NCBI RefSeq assembly: GCF_009914755.1
Contig: NC_060928.1
DNA: 64,000 nt
Reading direction: 5' to 3' (one strand)
Source of the DNA: the human T2T-CHM13v2.0 reference genome, Homo sapiens
Shown: positions 16,461 through 28,750 of the stretch, in pieces
Layout: the number at the start of each line of letters is the position of its first letter
How positions within the stretch are numbered: position 1 is the first letter of the stretch
Position numbers and translations under genes: made by a program
Notes under the pieces: generated by a model
What the model saw: only the letters and a program-made list of their open reading frames with translations
The model's database searches: none
What the model was told of the DNA's origin: nothing

Positions 16461-18406
16461 TAGAAGACTTGGAAGGGTCAGCAGGATTGCTGGACTTGGA
16501 GCAAAGCTCTGACTTAATTTATGTCCATTGGTTATTTAGAGAGAGCTTAGCTGTTTGTACTTTGTTTTCCAGCCATAGGAGGAAGGAGCTACAGCATATG
16601 TCTTCAAAAGCTGTTTCTTTTGCCATGTGTGATATAGACTATGGGCTATAGGTTCTGTTTAGAGCATAGTCGTTCATTCATCAGGGGCAAATTCTCAAGT
16701 GTAAACATGAATTACTCCTACCTTCAGTCTGTTGTTAAGCCCTTTGCTTTATTTAAGCAAGTAACAATTCTGAGAGGTAAAATCTGTGCACTGGAAACAA
16801 AATAGAAACCATTTTTACCAGAACAAAAAGAGAAGGGAGAAAAAAAGGATTGAGGAATGCAGCATAAAACTTCTCAGCTTATTGAGATTTCCTTTTCCTT
16901 GTAGAAAAGACAGATAAATGTGTGAGTGCTGGTAATGCTTTTCTCAAGTAAAGAAAGACACCTTTGATGTCGCATTCCTGACCTCAGATGCTAAGGAACG
17001 AGGTTAAAGAGCTTTTGGTCAAGTTTTTACTGCTGCTATGTGGCTGGTTTGGATAAACACTGTAAATGCCAGGCTCAAACTGCCTGTTTTTTTAGCTGTC
17101 ATTTCTGCTGTCACCAACCTGAGAACTTCAGGGCTTCTCCCTTTATTCAGCCTTGGAACCACGGCCACAGTCACTTACTTACCTGCTCCTTCCAGTGAGC
17201 CACCACCCTCATAGTGAAGCTGTTCTTTAAAGACCAAACCACTTAGCTCCAGCGTGAGGATGCTCAACATATGAACTACATACAGATACGCCAATAAAGT
17301 GAAGCCTCTGTATGAAAGGGGACGATAACTCCTCAATCATGAATTCTTTTCTTCCATTTTCCTTGTCCGGCGCACTCTCCCCTCTGCTTCTTTTCCAGCT
17401 GGTGATCTGACAAGTCATATTTCTCTTACAGCCGAGGTTAGAGAAGCTCTTTCTCTGAGCTTCTCTGATAACTGTTCACTGAGGAAGTGGCCAATTCTTT
17501 AAATTTTCATTCAGGCAAAACTAAAACCATGGCTCTCTTCAAACACCTTGCATAGCTATAGCTTCTGGTCCCCCATGACAGAAGTTGTTTCTCTCTCCTG
17601 GGTTTTCCTGGGAGCCTGGGGTTCTTTGACCCAGTCTGCCAATATTCCCTTTCTTTGTTCAATGCCTTTTGTTCATGTCTTCATCCTTGTTACTTTTTTC
17701 ATTTTCCCCTTCTCCACAATAGGAGTTCAAATGGAAAACATCATCTGTCTCAAGCAAAAGTTATTTGCATACATGGTTATAAAGAAAAGCAACTGATTTT
17801 CTTTAACCTCTCAGGATCAGCCTCTTTATTTTTTACATTTCATAAGAGTGGTAAGAGGATTGCCGATCAGAAATTAGTTGGCCATTAAAATTTCCTCATC
17901 TGTGAAAATGAAGGGATTAAAACAGATAATCTTTTAAGGATCTTTCTAGCCCTAAAAATATCCATGGCACTGATGATGTTTTGTCTTTTTATGGGGGAGG
18001 CCAGATGGATGCTCAGCTCTCCATGCTGTGCATCTGCTTGGTGAGTGGCTTGAACATCTGTTTGGGACCTGTAATACCAAGGCATTGCAATTCCCCTTGC
18101 TCACCGTTTCAGCTAGCAGCGGCAGAATGCCTCTCCAGAAGGTGTCAGCACTCTTGTCTCTGGAAGAGCTTTTTATTCCCATTATTTCCAAGAATAATAA
18201 GAACTAGTTTCCTGTATATTTCCTTTTTGAGGCTGGGAGATCTATTTTGTGGTAGTGAAGAAAATATGCATATTCTTCTCAAATATCTCAAAAAAACCAG
18301 GTTTACTATCAAATCAATATTAATTTATAGAACATAAACTATAGATCAAACAGGTGAGAAAATATTTTGACATTTTATCAAAGGAGAAGCCAACCATCTT
18401 TATCAA

Positions 18407-18952
18407 TAGACTTTATTTTTTAGAACATTGTACGTTTATAGAAAAATTGAGCAAATAGTACAGAGTTCTGGGATTATCCTCTCCCCTTAATTTCTTCTAT
18501 TATTAACATTTTATATTAGCATGGCATATTTATTGCAATTAATAATAAATTATTATTAAATAAAGTTATCGTGTTATTATTAACTAAAGTCCATAGTTTA
18601 TTGAGATTTTTAAAGTTTTTAACCAAATGCCCCTTTTCTCTTCTAGGATACCAAATTTATATAGTCGTGTCTTATTAGTCTCCTCTTGGCTGTAACAGCT
18701 TCATGGGCTTTCTTTGTTTTTTATGCTCTTGACAATTTTGAGGAGTACTGGTTAAGTATATTGTGGGATATCCCTTTATTGAAATGTGTCTGATGATTTT
18801 CTCATAATTAGACTGGATTACATGTTTTGATCACAGAATAAAGTGCCATTTTCATCACGTTATATCAAGAGTAGCACTGTGAACATGACAGTGCTGTTGA
18901 TGTGAACTCTGGTCACTTGGCTGACAGTGTTTATATGATTTCTCCACTGAAG
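18407..18952 (-). mobile_element. L1MC-type 3' end
   Basis: agactttattttttag...aaaaattgagc and ttttgaggagtactggt...gtgccattttcatcac typical of L1MC 3'UTR. Confidence 0.75.
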
Positions 18953-20039
18953 CCAACCATTTTTAAACCAGTGTTGACTATTCCTTCAAATAAAAATTCT
19001 AGATTCCATATTTGGAAATTAATTTAAAATTAACTTGAGAAAAGACCTTGAAAATAATAAAAACAAATGAAAGAGTTCATTTTCTTCTTTCTCCTGTCTA
19101 ATGAACATAGACGTAAATAACTAAGCTCATGGCTTACTCAGACCTTTTTCCAAGAGAAAGAATTTTTTTGTAGTTGACACAGCAGGAGATAAAAGGGGAG
19201 GAAGCAGAGGATGGTATTTTTCTCTGGGATGTGTCAGCTCCATGAAGAAATTGCTGCCCTACAGACACTGATCCACGACTGTCAGTTCAGATATTTCATT
19301 CTGGCTGAGAGGCAGTGAAAGAAATGACCACCGAGGAGGGTATTTCCAGCATTTCTAACACCTCACTTAGGGAAGGGAAAGGCATTACCTAAGCCTTGTG
19401 TGCTGCTTTCTAGCTCAACTCTAACCAAGTTGATGGGGGCTGTGAAGCCTTTCCTGTGGGTGTAGTCTCATTGTTTTTATTTAACAATGAGTGAAAGCAA
19501 TAGTACAAAGACTTGAATATCTTTATGCATATTTTAATAATAATGAAAGTTAGGAAAGTAACTTCTTTAACAGAATACAGATGTGACATTAGTAATTAGG
19601 ATTCCAAATACCACATATTGGAGTTAAGAAAAAAGGAGTTCCCTTTCAATTAAACTGATTGCTTAAATTTGTGTATTTACATATTTTCTTAGTGACATCC
19701 AAAATAATTTTAAACTATTTATAATTTTCTCATTTTGTTAGTTGTTATTTACATTATTACTAAGATGAACATGCATATACAATTTCTTCTTTTTTCTCCC
19801 TCTGGCCCCATAAAAACCCAATTTTCTTAGCCATTAGCATTGATGAGAGGATTCTAAACTAGATTTTCTCTGTAGGATTGGGTACAACGTAGGCACCTAA
19901 CAGAATGAACTATTTTATGAATAGTAGAAATAAGTTATAAGTAGTATGAGAATTATATTACTTCTTCTGCATTTCTAATATCCATCACATCTTCAGTTTT
20001 AGTGGTAGTGTCTTAGTTCCCATCTTCATTTTCTCTGCT

Positions 20040-20278
20040 TTTCATCAATCCATCCCTGTAGCCAGAGCAAATTTTCAAATATTAAACTTAATCAAATCCT
20101 TTGTCCATATCTGCACACCATGATGACTCTGGATTGCTGTCATTAGTTTTCCATCCTGCATCCCCTATATGATTATAAGATCTGTGAGTGCAGGAACAGT
20201 GTCTCATTCACCTTTGAACAACCCCCTGCACACTGTAGACTCAAAAACCACAGGCTGAATGAATGAATGAATGAATGA
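20040..20278 (+). mobile_element. L2 3' end with (TGAA)n terminus
   Basis: gattataagatctgtgagtgcaggaacagtgtctcattcacctttg...tgaatgaatgaatg. Confidence 0.7.
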
Positions 20279-20374
20279 TATAGCTATTTTGGGAGGTCAT
20301 CTCTCCATATAGACCAAAATTTTGGTGTTGTTTTTGTATTACTGGCCACATTTCATGAGGCTCTTAAAAAAGTC

Positions 20375-20768
20375 TTCTGTGGAAATTTTCAAATATGGAC
20401 CAAAGTAAGGAGAATAATATAAGGTGTCTCATGTATCCACTTAGCTTCAAAAATCGTCATCATTTTACTAATTTTGTTCCATCTGTCTTCCACCCCACAT
20501 TTTTTTGGTTTCATTTTTCTGGAGCATTTTAAAGTGAACACCAGACATTATGTCATTTTACCTGTGAATGTTTTATTATGCTCTAACTAGTAAGACATTT
20601 AAAAAAACCATATCCACCATGCCATTATTACCCCTCTTTAAGATAGTTTAATATCAAATATCTAATATCCTTATCTCCCTGATTGTCTCCTATCTCAAAC
20701 CTGCCTTTTTTTCTCAATTGGTTTGTTCAGATCAGGATCCGAACATGGTCTGTACATTGCTTTCGGTT
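20375..20768 (-). mobile_element. L1MC5/L1ME-type 3' fragment
   Basis: ggaaattttcaaata...ttggtttgttcagatcaggatcc. Confidence 0.6.
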
Positions 20769-20859
20769 ATGGTGAAGCATTATTTAACCTTCACATATAG
20801 GGGAGTGTGATTTATGTCAAAGATGGTAAGTGATGATCTGCATAAAGAATGTATTTCTT

Positions 20860-20947
20860 GATAGACACGGGGGACTTCAAAAGCCGGGGAAAGGGAAAAA
20901 GGGAGATAGGTTAAAATTTATCTATTGGGTACAATGTTCACTATTTG
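20860..20947 (+). mobile_element. Short L1PA/PB 3'UTR fragment
   Basis: atagacacgggggacttcaaaag...ctattgggtacaatgttcactatttg. Confidence 0.65.
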
Positions 20948-21209
20948 AACTTACCTTGAGAAATCCTGCTTTGTATATTTGCTTAAGCCAATATTAACCC
21001 AACTTAACACTTTCCTTCAAGTCTCCCTCTTTCCATCTTTCTCCTTCCCCCCAATTTCCATTTCTATTCTGTCCTCTTAATTATGTCAAAACTCAGCTTA
21101 AGTTTCATCACCTCTGTGAAGATTACCCTCCACCAAGCCCTTTAATGCCTGACCCAGCAATATGCCATTTAGTTTACATTGCCTTGATTTATAAAAGCAA
21201 CTATGTGTA

Positions 21210-21410
21210 AGACCAAGGCTTTATGAAGCAGGAAAACCTAGATTTGGTTTTCATTCCTGCCATTGAGCAATATGGTGTTGGACAAGAGCCTCACTTTCCT
21301 TGTCTACAGAATGTGGATAATAGGAGGGTTTTCATGAGGTTGTTTTGAATACCAGTTGAGATAATGTATGTAGTCAATATAATTTTTGGTACTTGGGAAC
21401 ACACTATAAG
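21210..21410 (+). mobile_element. MIR
   Basis: gcctcactttccttgtctacagaatg...gagataatgtatg. Confidence 0.65.
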
Positions 21411-21920
21411 TTATAAGTTTTTATTATTAACTTTTTTGGTTTAATTATGTCATCTCCAACTACATTGGAAGGCACCTATATAATGCCTTATACACTGTTA
21501 GCACTTCATACCTTTTTGTAGGGAGTCATTTTTTTGGGGTATTAGAGTGACCACTTTTAGCCCCTGGGATTTCAACAGCCATCTAACTATTCATCCAATT
21601 ATTCAGATATGGGTTTTTAGTAGTTGTGATTGGATAACTATAAGGTATAAATGCAAGCATACGTTCCAGAAAATGGCCAGAATGTGAGGGAAAGCAACTG
21701 TATCTATTATTTAGTATTTTAGTGCTTGTTAAAGTTAGGAGAAAAAAATACTAGGTTAAAATTAGTGAGTCTTCATCTTTATAGGAAGTTTTTAAATAAA
21801 GTTTAGGGAGGAAAGAGATGCTGATAAGCTGATGCTGAAAGTATCTGTCTAGTTAATTTTTTGTTACAAATGGTTTTCAGTGTTGTTTCTTTGCAACCTC
21901 AAAACAAAATCCCTGCCTTA

Positions 21921-22277
<357 letters not shown>

Positions 22278-23436
22278 TCAACAGCCAGGGGCCAGGAGAA
22301 TCAAATTAAATTGAATTGTGAATCTGAAGGCAGCCAGGAAAGTGCATTTTAAACTGAGCTAAGCACAAGACACTGCATCATTAAGAGAGGAGAGTTACAG
22401 ACTCACAGTGAAGAGGAGAGCACTTAAATTGCTCTTGAGTTTCCTGGAGAAGAATAAACATGTATGCAAAAGCCCAGGAACTGGTTTTTCAGTTTCAAAA
22501 GGAAATAATGTGTGTTCTGTCAGTGGAGCTGAGTATTCAAAGGCTCTACAGATCATCCCAATGGGAGCTGGAAGCAAGGACTTGAAGCAGTAGCTTTGTG
22601 TCTTTGGCAGTCTCTTGAAATTGGGACTAAAATTAAAAGTAGCTGAGTGCAACCAGTTCTAAATGTCAGATGGAACACTTTGCTCAGCATGCTGTGCACA
22701 ACATTGATTTTCCTATGTTCCACATTGTTGTGTGAGATGTTGAATCAGGTTCCTGTTGGCGCATTCACTAATATAAGAGCTGGAAAGCAACTTGGTCCAC
22801 AATTAATATTCTGTGATGCTATTGTCTGTATGCCTTGGACTTTAATTGGGCCAGGTTTTTGTGAACCTCTTTTATTCTTTTGACACCTGGAGGCTATGTT
22901 CTTCTTATTTCAATTTGATTAGTCTTTTTCGTAGAAAGTTCTTATGAATGCTTAAATGTTGTCCTTTCTGAATTTGTACTAAGACACAGAGAGGATTGTT
23001 CACCACATGCGAAGTGAACTATGGGAAGATTTTTTTCAAAGAAGTATTATGGTAGCTATCTGATAACTGTCATTACATACACAGTTCCAAGGGAATTTAA
23101 AAACAGGGTTGTGATTTCAGTGTCTGAATATGTGTTTATAATTTTAATAGCTCCTATTAAGGTTTATGTGAATGTGGACACCACATCTGTTGAAATTATA
23201 ATCTTTTAATCTAGACAAAGAGTAGATCAAGTAAGATAAGGGGAAGAAAGAGGACTGTGGGCATTGAACAGGGTGTGTGCCAGAGGGCTATTCCCGGGAG
23301 TTCAGAGAGCCTCCTGGAAACTGAAGAATGACACTTCCTTGACTCCATCCATAATAGCTCTAAATATTAATGGTTCACAAGAGAGAGAGTGAAAACCCTC
23401 TGGACAAGAAAATCCAGGAATTGTTTCACACTGGGC

Positions 23437-23787
23437 TATGGTCCTCAAACTTCCAGCTGCACCAAAATTATCTGGAAGCCTTGTTAAAACATATAGTATT
23501 GGGCCCCACTTCCAGTTTCTCATTGGAAGGTGGAGGGGAGCCCAATAATTTGCGTCTCTGACGAGTTTCCAGGTGATGCTCATTCTTCTGGTCTAGGAAC
23601 CACTGGTATAAGGCAGTGATTCTTGCCATATTTTCCTATGCTTTAATATGCAGAGGGATCATCTTGGAGAGTTTGTAGAAAGTGTAGTCTTTAAAAATTA
23701 TACTGAGATGGGACTCAACACTGAGATTTCTGAAAAAGCACCCTTAGTGATTCTGCTATAATTGGTCCAGGGATCCTAAGCCATTGC
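23437..23787. mobile_element. Two adjacent MER5-family (hAT-Charlie) fossils
   Basis: tggtcctcaaactt...tttccaggtgatgct...gaaccactg followed by cagtgattct...agtgattctg...ccattg. Confidence 0.65.
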
Positions 23788-24139
23788 ATCATTTCTAACA
23801 CTTAGTATTTGAGTCTTTCATGTTTTCATAACCATTTATGGGCTTGAATGTCAGTGAATGGCTGTTAAAGTTCCAATATGCTTTGAAAAATAAGAGAAAA
23901 TAAAGTAGAAGCATGGCCATATATTAGTGGCTTAATGATACCAGAGGTGAAATCAAATCTCATGAAAGTCTGATATATTGTGATTCAATAATGTGAGCAG
24001 TTAGCATAACCTGATGTAATATAACAAGATTTTGGCATTAAAAACTTGTCCAATCTCTTGATATTGTGTAACATGTAAATAAATCAAATCTTTTGAAAGG
24101 AAGCAGCAAAATATAATAAAAAAAGAAGACTTCTGTGAT

Positions 24140-24332
24140 GCATGTATCCTGGCTCTGGCATTTACAATGCTGGTCAGGTCACGTAAACTTTATGATGTTT
24201 AGTTTTTCTTACCTGTAAAGGAGACTTAGTAATTCCTATTTTACCATGTGTCATGAAGGATAAATAGATACGATATATGAGATGGCTAGTGTAGCTTCTG
24301 ACATATTGTAGATGTTTAACAAATGGCAGTTA
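24140..24332 (+). mobile_element. MIR
   Basis: tcctggctctggcatttac...gtttttcttacctgtaaa. Confidence 0.6.
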
Positions 24333-24805
24333 TAAAAGGAAGAAGAAGGGGTAGGCCACACGCATCTGTCATTTCTTAGTTTTTGTCATTGACTGTTAGG
24401 TAGGGAATGCTTATCCAATTTAATACTCTTTGGTCAGCAATTTCAGCCAATGCTTTTTCATGCATTTAGACAGACTCTGAAAGTAAACATAATCTCTCAA
24501 GATTCTTATGAATCTACTTATGATTGAATGGACATTCTCATATTTTTAAAAATCTATTTCTCTTACAGATTAATAGGCTATTTTTCATCTTTTATCACAT
24601 TCTGTTTTGGCTACTTTACTGAACTCTTGAAATGTTCAAATATTTTTGCTTTGCTCTTTTGCATTTATAATAGTGGCTTTTTAAAATGAAGAACTCCATC
24701 AGTGCCTCCTATAAGCTTATTTTGATTTGAAATATGGAAACTGTTCTTAATGATAAATTGAAATGATTTCAAACTTCTAATATTTTCTCTTTTTTATCCT
24801 TTTAG

Positions 24806-24865
24806 GTAAGTAATGAAAAGAGACATGAAGAATTGGTATTTCAAATGACCACCATGTTGCAAAAG
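24806..24865 (+). other. Candidate 60-nt exon / recursive-splicing (RS) exon beginning with GTAAGT
   Basis: Branch-point-like ttctaAt (24775-24781), pyrimidine tract ttttctcttttttatcctttt, AG at 24804-24805, then GTAAGT. Downstream donor AAG|gtactt. Only phase 0 is open (VSNEKRHEELVFQMTTMLQK). Confidence 0.55.
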
Positions 24866-25892
24866 GTACTTTTGGTATTTTAAATATTACTTTAAAGGAA
24901 TCTTATAAAAAGACACGGAGGTTAGAATGTAATTAAGTACTATTTTGGTAAAAACAATTTTTATGAAAACAGATTTAAAGATGTTATAGCATTAACAATT
25001 TTTTAATTATAAGAAATGTAATATACTATAAGACTTTTCTTTCTGTAGTCTAGGCAATTATCATTGGTATCATTTGGGAATGAAAAGGTAAATAGATTGT
25101 CTCTTCCTCAAGATATTCATTGCTGGAAAAAGGGAGGTGGAGGAAAGAAATCTGAATACAATAGACATAATAAACACATTGGGATTTGTTCACCAAAGTC
25201 ATCTATTTTCTCTAAGGGCTTATGAATTTGTTTTCTGTGATCAGAACATTATCTTCATAATTACTTATAAAATTGATTGCTATAAGGTTGTCAATAAAGT
25301 TATTTGATTCTAAATAATTCAAATAGATTGCATCCATGTGGAGAATTCTCCAGATTCTACATTTAAATCAAGGGGAAGGAGGGAAGAAGGAAATATTAGA
25401 CTTAAATGATAGAATGTAAAAATTCTTAGTCTATTTATATCGCACACATGATTTGGGGAAATCTGCTTGTATTTTTAAGTCGTGAATCTCATCTAGAAGA
25501 ATCCGTTTCTTTTCTAGAAGGAATCTACGAAATATTGTGAAAATCATCTCATTTGGTTACAGAGGAAACAATTACATGGTGAACTATTAGATGAGTTGTA
25601 TGACACCATTAACATTGACAATCATGCAAATATCCATGATGTTTCAGGTGCAATAAATAACATATGGTGCCTTTGTACTAGATTAGTAATTTAATCCAAG
25701 AACAGAAGATATGCCAGAATGCCAAAAGAGGAGAAATCAACTTAGCTTTTTAATAAAATTGCAATTTTTAAAGCATTTCTCATTTTGCTTAGAAATTTCC
25801 TCAAGGCCTTACAAAATTCAGGTCATGTACTATTGAAGATAAGATAAAAGGAGTGGGGAATAACTTAAAATTTTATCCTCTTTGAATGATAA

Positions 25893-26312
<420 letters not shown>

Positions 26313-26529
26313 AGCTTGGGCTATTTTTAGAAGGGCAGATATTACTCTGCTTTATTACATAATTAATATTATTATATGAATATATTCCAATACATTTTGC
26401 TTCATTTGAGACTTCCAGGTATAAAAGCTAAGTCAGAAATTGGATAGATGAATCTTAGAAGCTCAGAGGAAAGATCTGTGATTATAGTATGATAAAGGAG
26501 AACCAATTCCACTTCTTGACAAAGAAGGG

Positions 26530-27200
26530 AAGAATAATGATTTGGTAGGGAGTGTCAAATGTTGCTGACAGGTCAAGAAAGATGAATGCATCAACAAACC
26601 AACTGGAGTTTTACATATAAATGTCCTCAGTAACTTTGGCAAGGGAAGTTTCAGTAGAGAAGCAGGGGTAGAAACCAGACCGGATTAGTTTGAGAAGTAA
26701 ATAAGAGATAAGGGGATAGAGTTAGCAAAAAAGATAGCTTTTTGAAAATTTTGTCAGGAAATAAAAGTGCGGAGAATCCAGCGTCTGGATAGGGAAGTTG
26801 GGATGAGAGAGTCTTGAACATGTTTACATTTTAATGGGAACAGTGCAGAAGAAGGAGAGAGATTGGAGGTATGGGTTTCTGAAAAGGAAGGAAGTGATGG
26901 AGGAGGTGGTCTAGGAAGAGGGATTACCTATAGCCAGTGGGAAGGACAACATGCACATCAACACAGCTAAGGCAATCTCTGTAGGATGCGTGCAGATACA
27001 GATAGGTTTGTAGATTTGGTAGGGAAAATTGAAGGGGATGTCAAGAAAAATTTGTATTTTCTCTGTGAAGAAGATGTGGCCAGAGTAGTTAATGAGGATT
27101 TGAGGAAAAGGGCAAGGATTGAAGTATCGTTTGTGGAGAATGAGAGAGAGAGAGAGGTCAATATTAGATTAGGCAAGTATTGATGACTGGGAATTTGTAG
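26530..27200 (-). mobile_element. L2 internal fragment
   Basis: agtgtcaaatgttgctgacaggtcaag...gtttcagtagag...ggtagaaaccaga purine-rich antisense L2. Confidence 0.6.
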
Positions 27201-28619
27201 TATCATCAAACTCCTTAAATTTATAAGTGTATTATGTACATGAATATTACTCTCTAAAAATCAGAAATCAGGGATCATCTGTTTTGAGGGAAGGTATAAG
27301 AAAGATTTGACTCTTCTTTTCTTAGGTCCTCAGTTTTGGTATGTGTCCTAATAAGAGCATTTTCATGGCAAAATTTAAGAACACTTTTTGACCTTGAAGA
27401 AAGGATTACTTTAACACTACAAAATATATGTCCTTTTTGCCATGACTGAAGAGAGCCTGCTGTCCTTACTCAGGTGTCCTTAGGTAGGCACATTCTTTCT
27501 GCTCTGCTAAGCATTCTTTGGACAGTAGAGTTAGACTGAAAGTGTTAAACAGGCCCTGAAGATGAAAGACTTCAGTTTGCTGACTTTGAATTATAAGAAG
27601 GTTAATATGTCCATTTAACTAGAAACTCTAAATTTCTGTGTCCCATTTGACTTTTAGGAGTGTTTACTTGAGGGCATAGAGCTCTTTGTAAGACTGAAGG
27701 GATCTTTTAGTTCAGGTACTTAAATTTTTTTCTTTGTTAGCTGCAAAACCATTTTGAAAAATAAAATCTGGCATTAGCAAAGAGAACTATTCTGATTACA
27801 GTGGGCATGCAGGATGTGGAACCCACCCACTTATCCCTCTTCTTTCCCCTCCTCCTCATCCTACTTTCAGGAAGTTCCCCTGAGACATCCTCATTGAATC
27901 TGGTGGCTCCATTGAACATTGTTTGAAAAGTACAATTCTAGGTGATCACAACTATATTGAATTTCATCAAAACATGAAATTCTTAAGATAAATTAACTGT
28001 TGTTTGAGGATAATTTTTTTCTTTACAATTAAAATAGGCAGGTTAGTATCTACTTTAACCTAAAGTATAAATTCTTACCTTATATTGATAATTTTAGTGA
28101 TAGTATATACTAATTTTATCAAGGAAGCTCAGCAAAAATCACTGCTAAATATATTACAAATCTGGGATTTGAAAAGCCAAGCCCTTCTTTTAATTAATTT
28201 TGCTGACCAGGATTACCAAAGTTCGTTAATGTGGAGCCCTTCACTAAGCTCATGAGTAGAACTGTTCTTCGTTATCCTCAAAGGATAGACATATGACTGT
28301 GGCAGAGAGGATTAACTGCCCTGACATTGAGCAGCCATGAAAGCATGTAGTATGAGTTACCAGGATGTTGCTTTTCCATTAGGGTATGACTTTGCCTAGG
28401 GCTGAAAACATCCATAAAGATGGGATAGAAGTTTTCAAGAAAACCATACTTTTATGTTGGAAAGCAAAGTATTGATAAGGTAGAAAAGCCAATATAAGAA
28501 ATGGTTAAAAGAGGGTTAAACTGGAGTATGAAGAACTTGCTAACAGAGTTATAAAGACAAATTAAAGAGGGCCGTTTAACTTGAGTTATTGTTAATAGTC
28601 AGCAATGCAATGAGGTGGA

Positions 28620-28750
28620 TATTATAACTTGGTTTTACATTTGATGAAATGGAGGCTCATAGAGGTTAAGTAACTTGTCAAACTCATACTGCAAATCACC
28701 AGCAAATGTGGCAGAGCCAAAATTCAGATCCAGATCATTTTATTTTAAGA
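28620..28750 (-). mobile_element. MIR
   Basis: gatgaaatggaggctcatagaggttaagtaacttgtc...gtggcagagcc. Confidence 0.7.
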
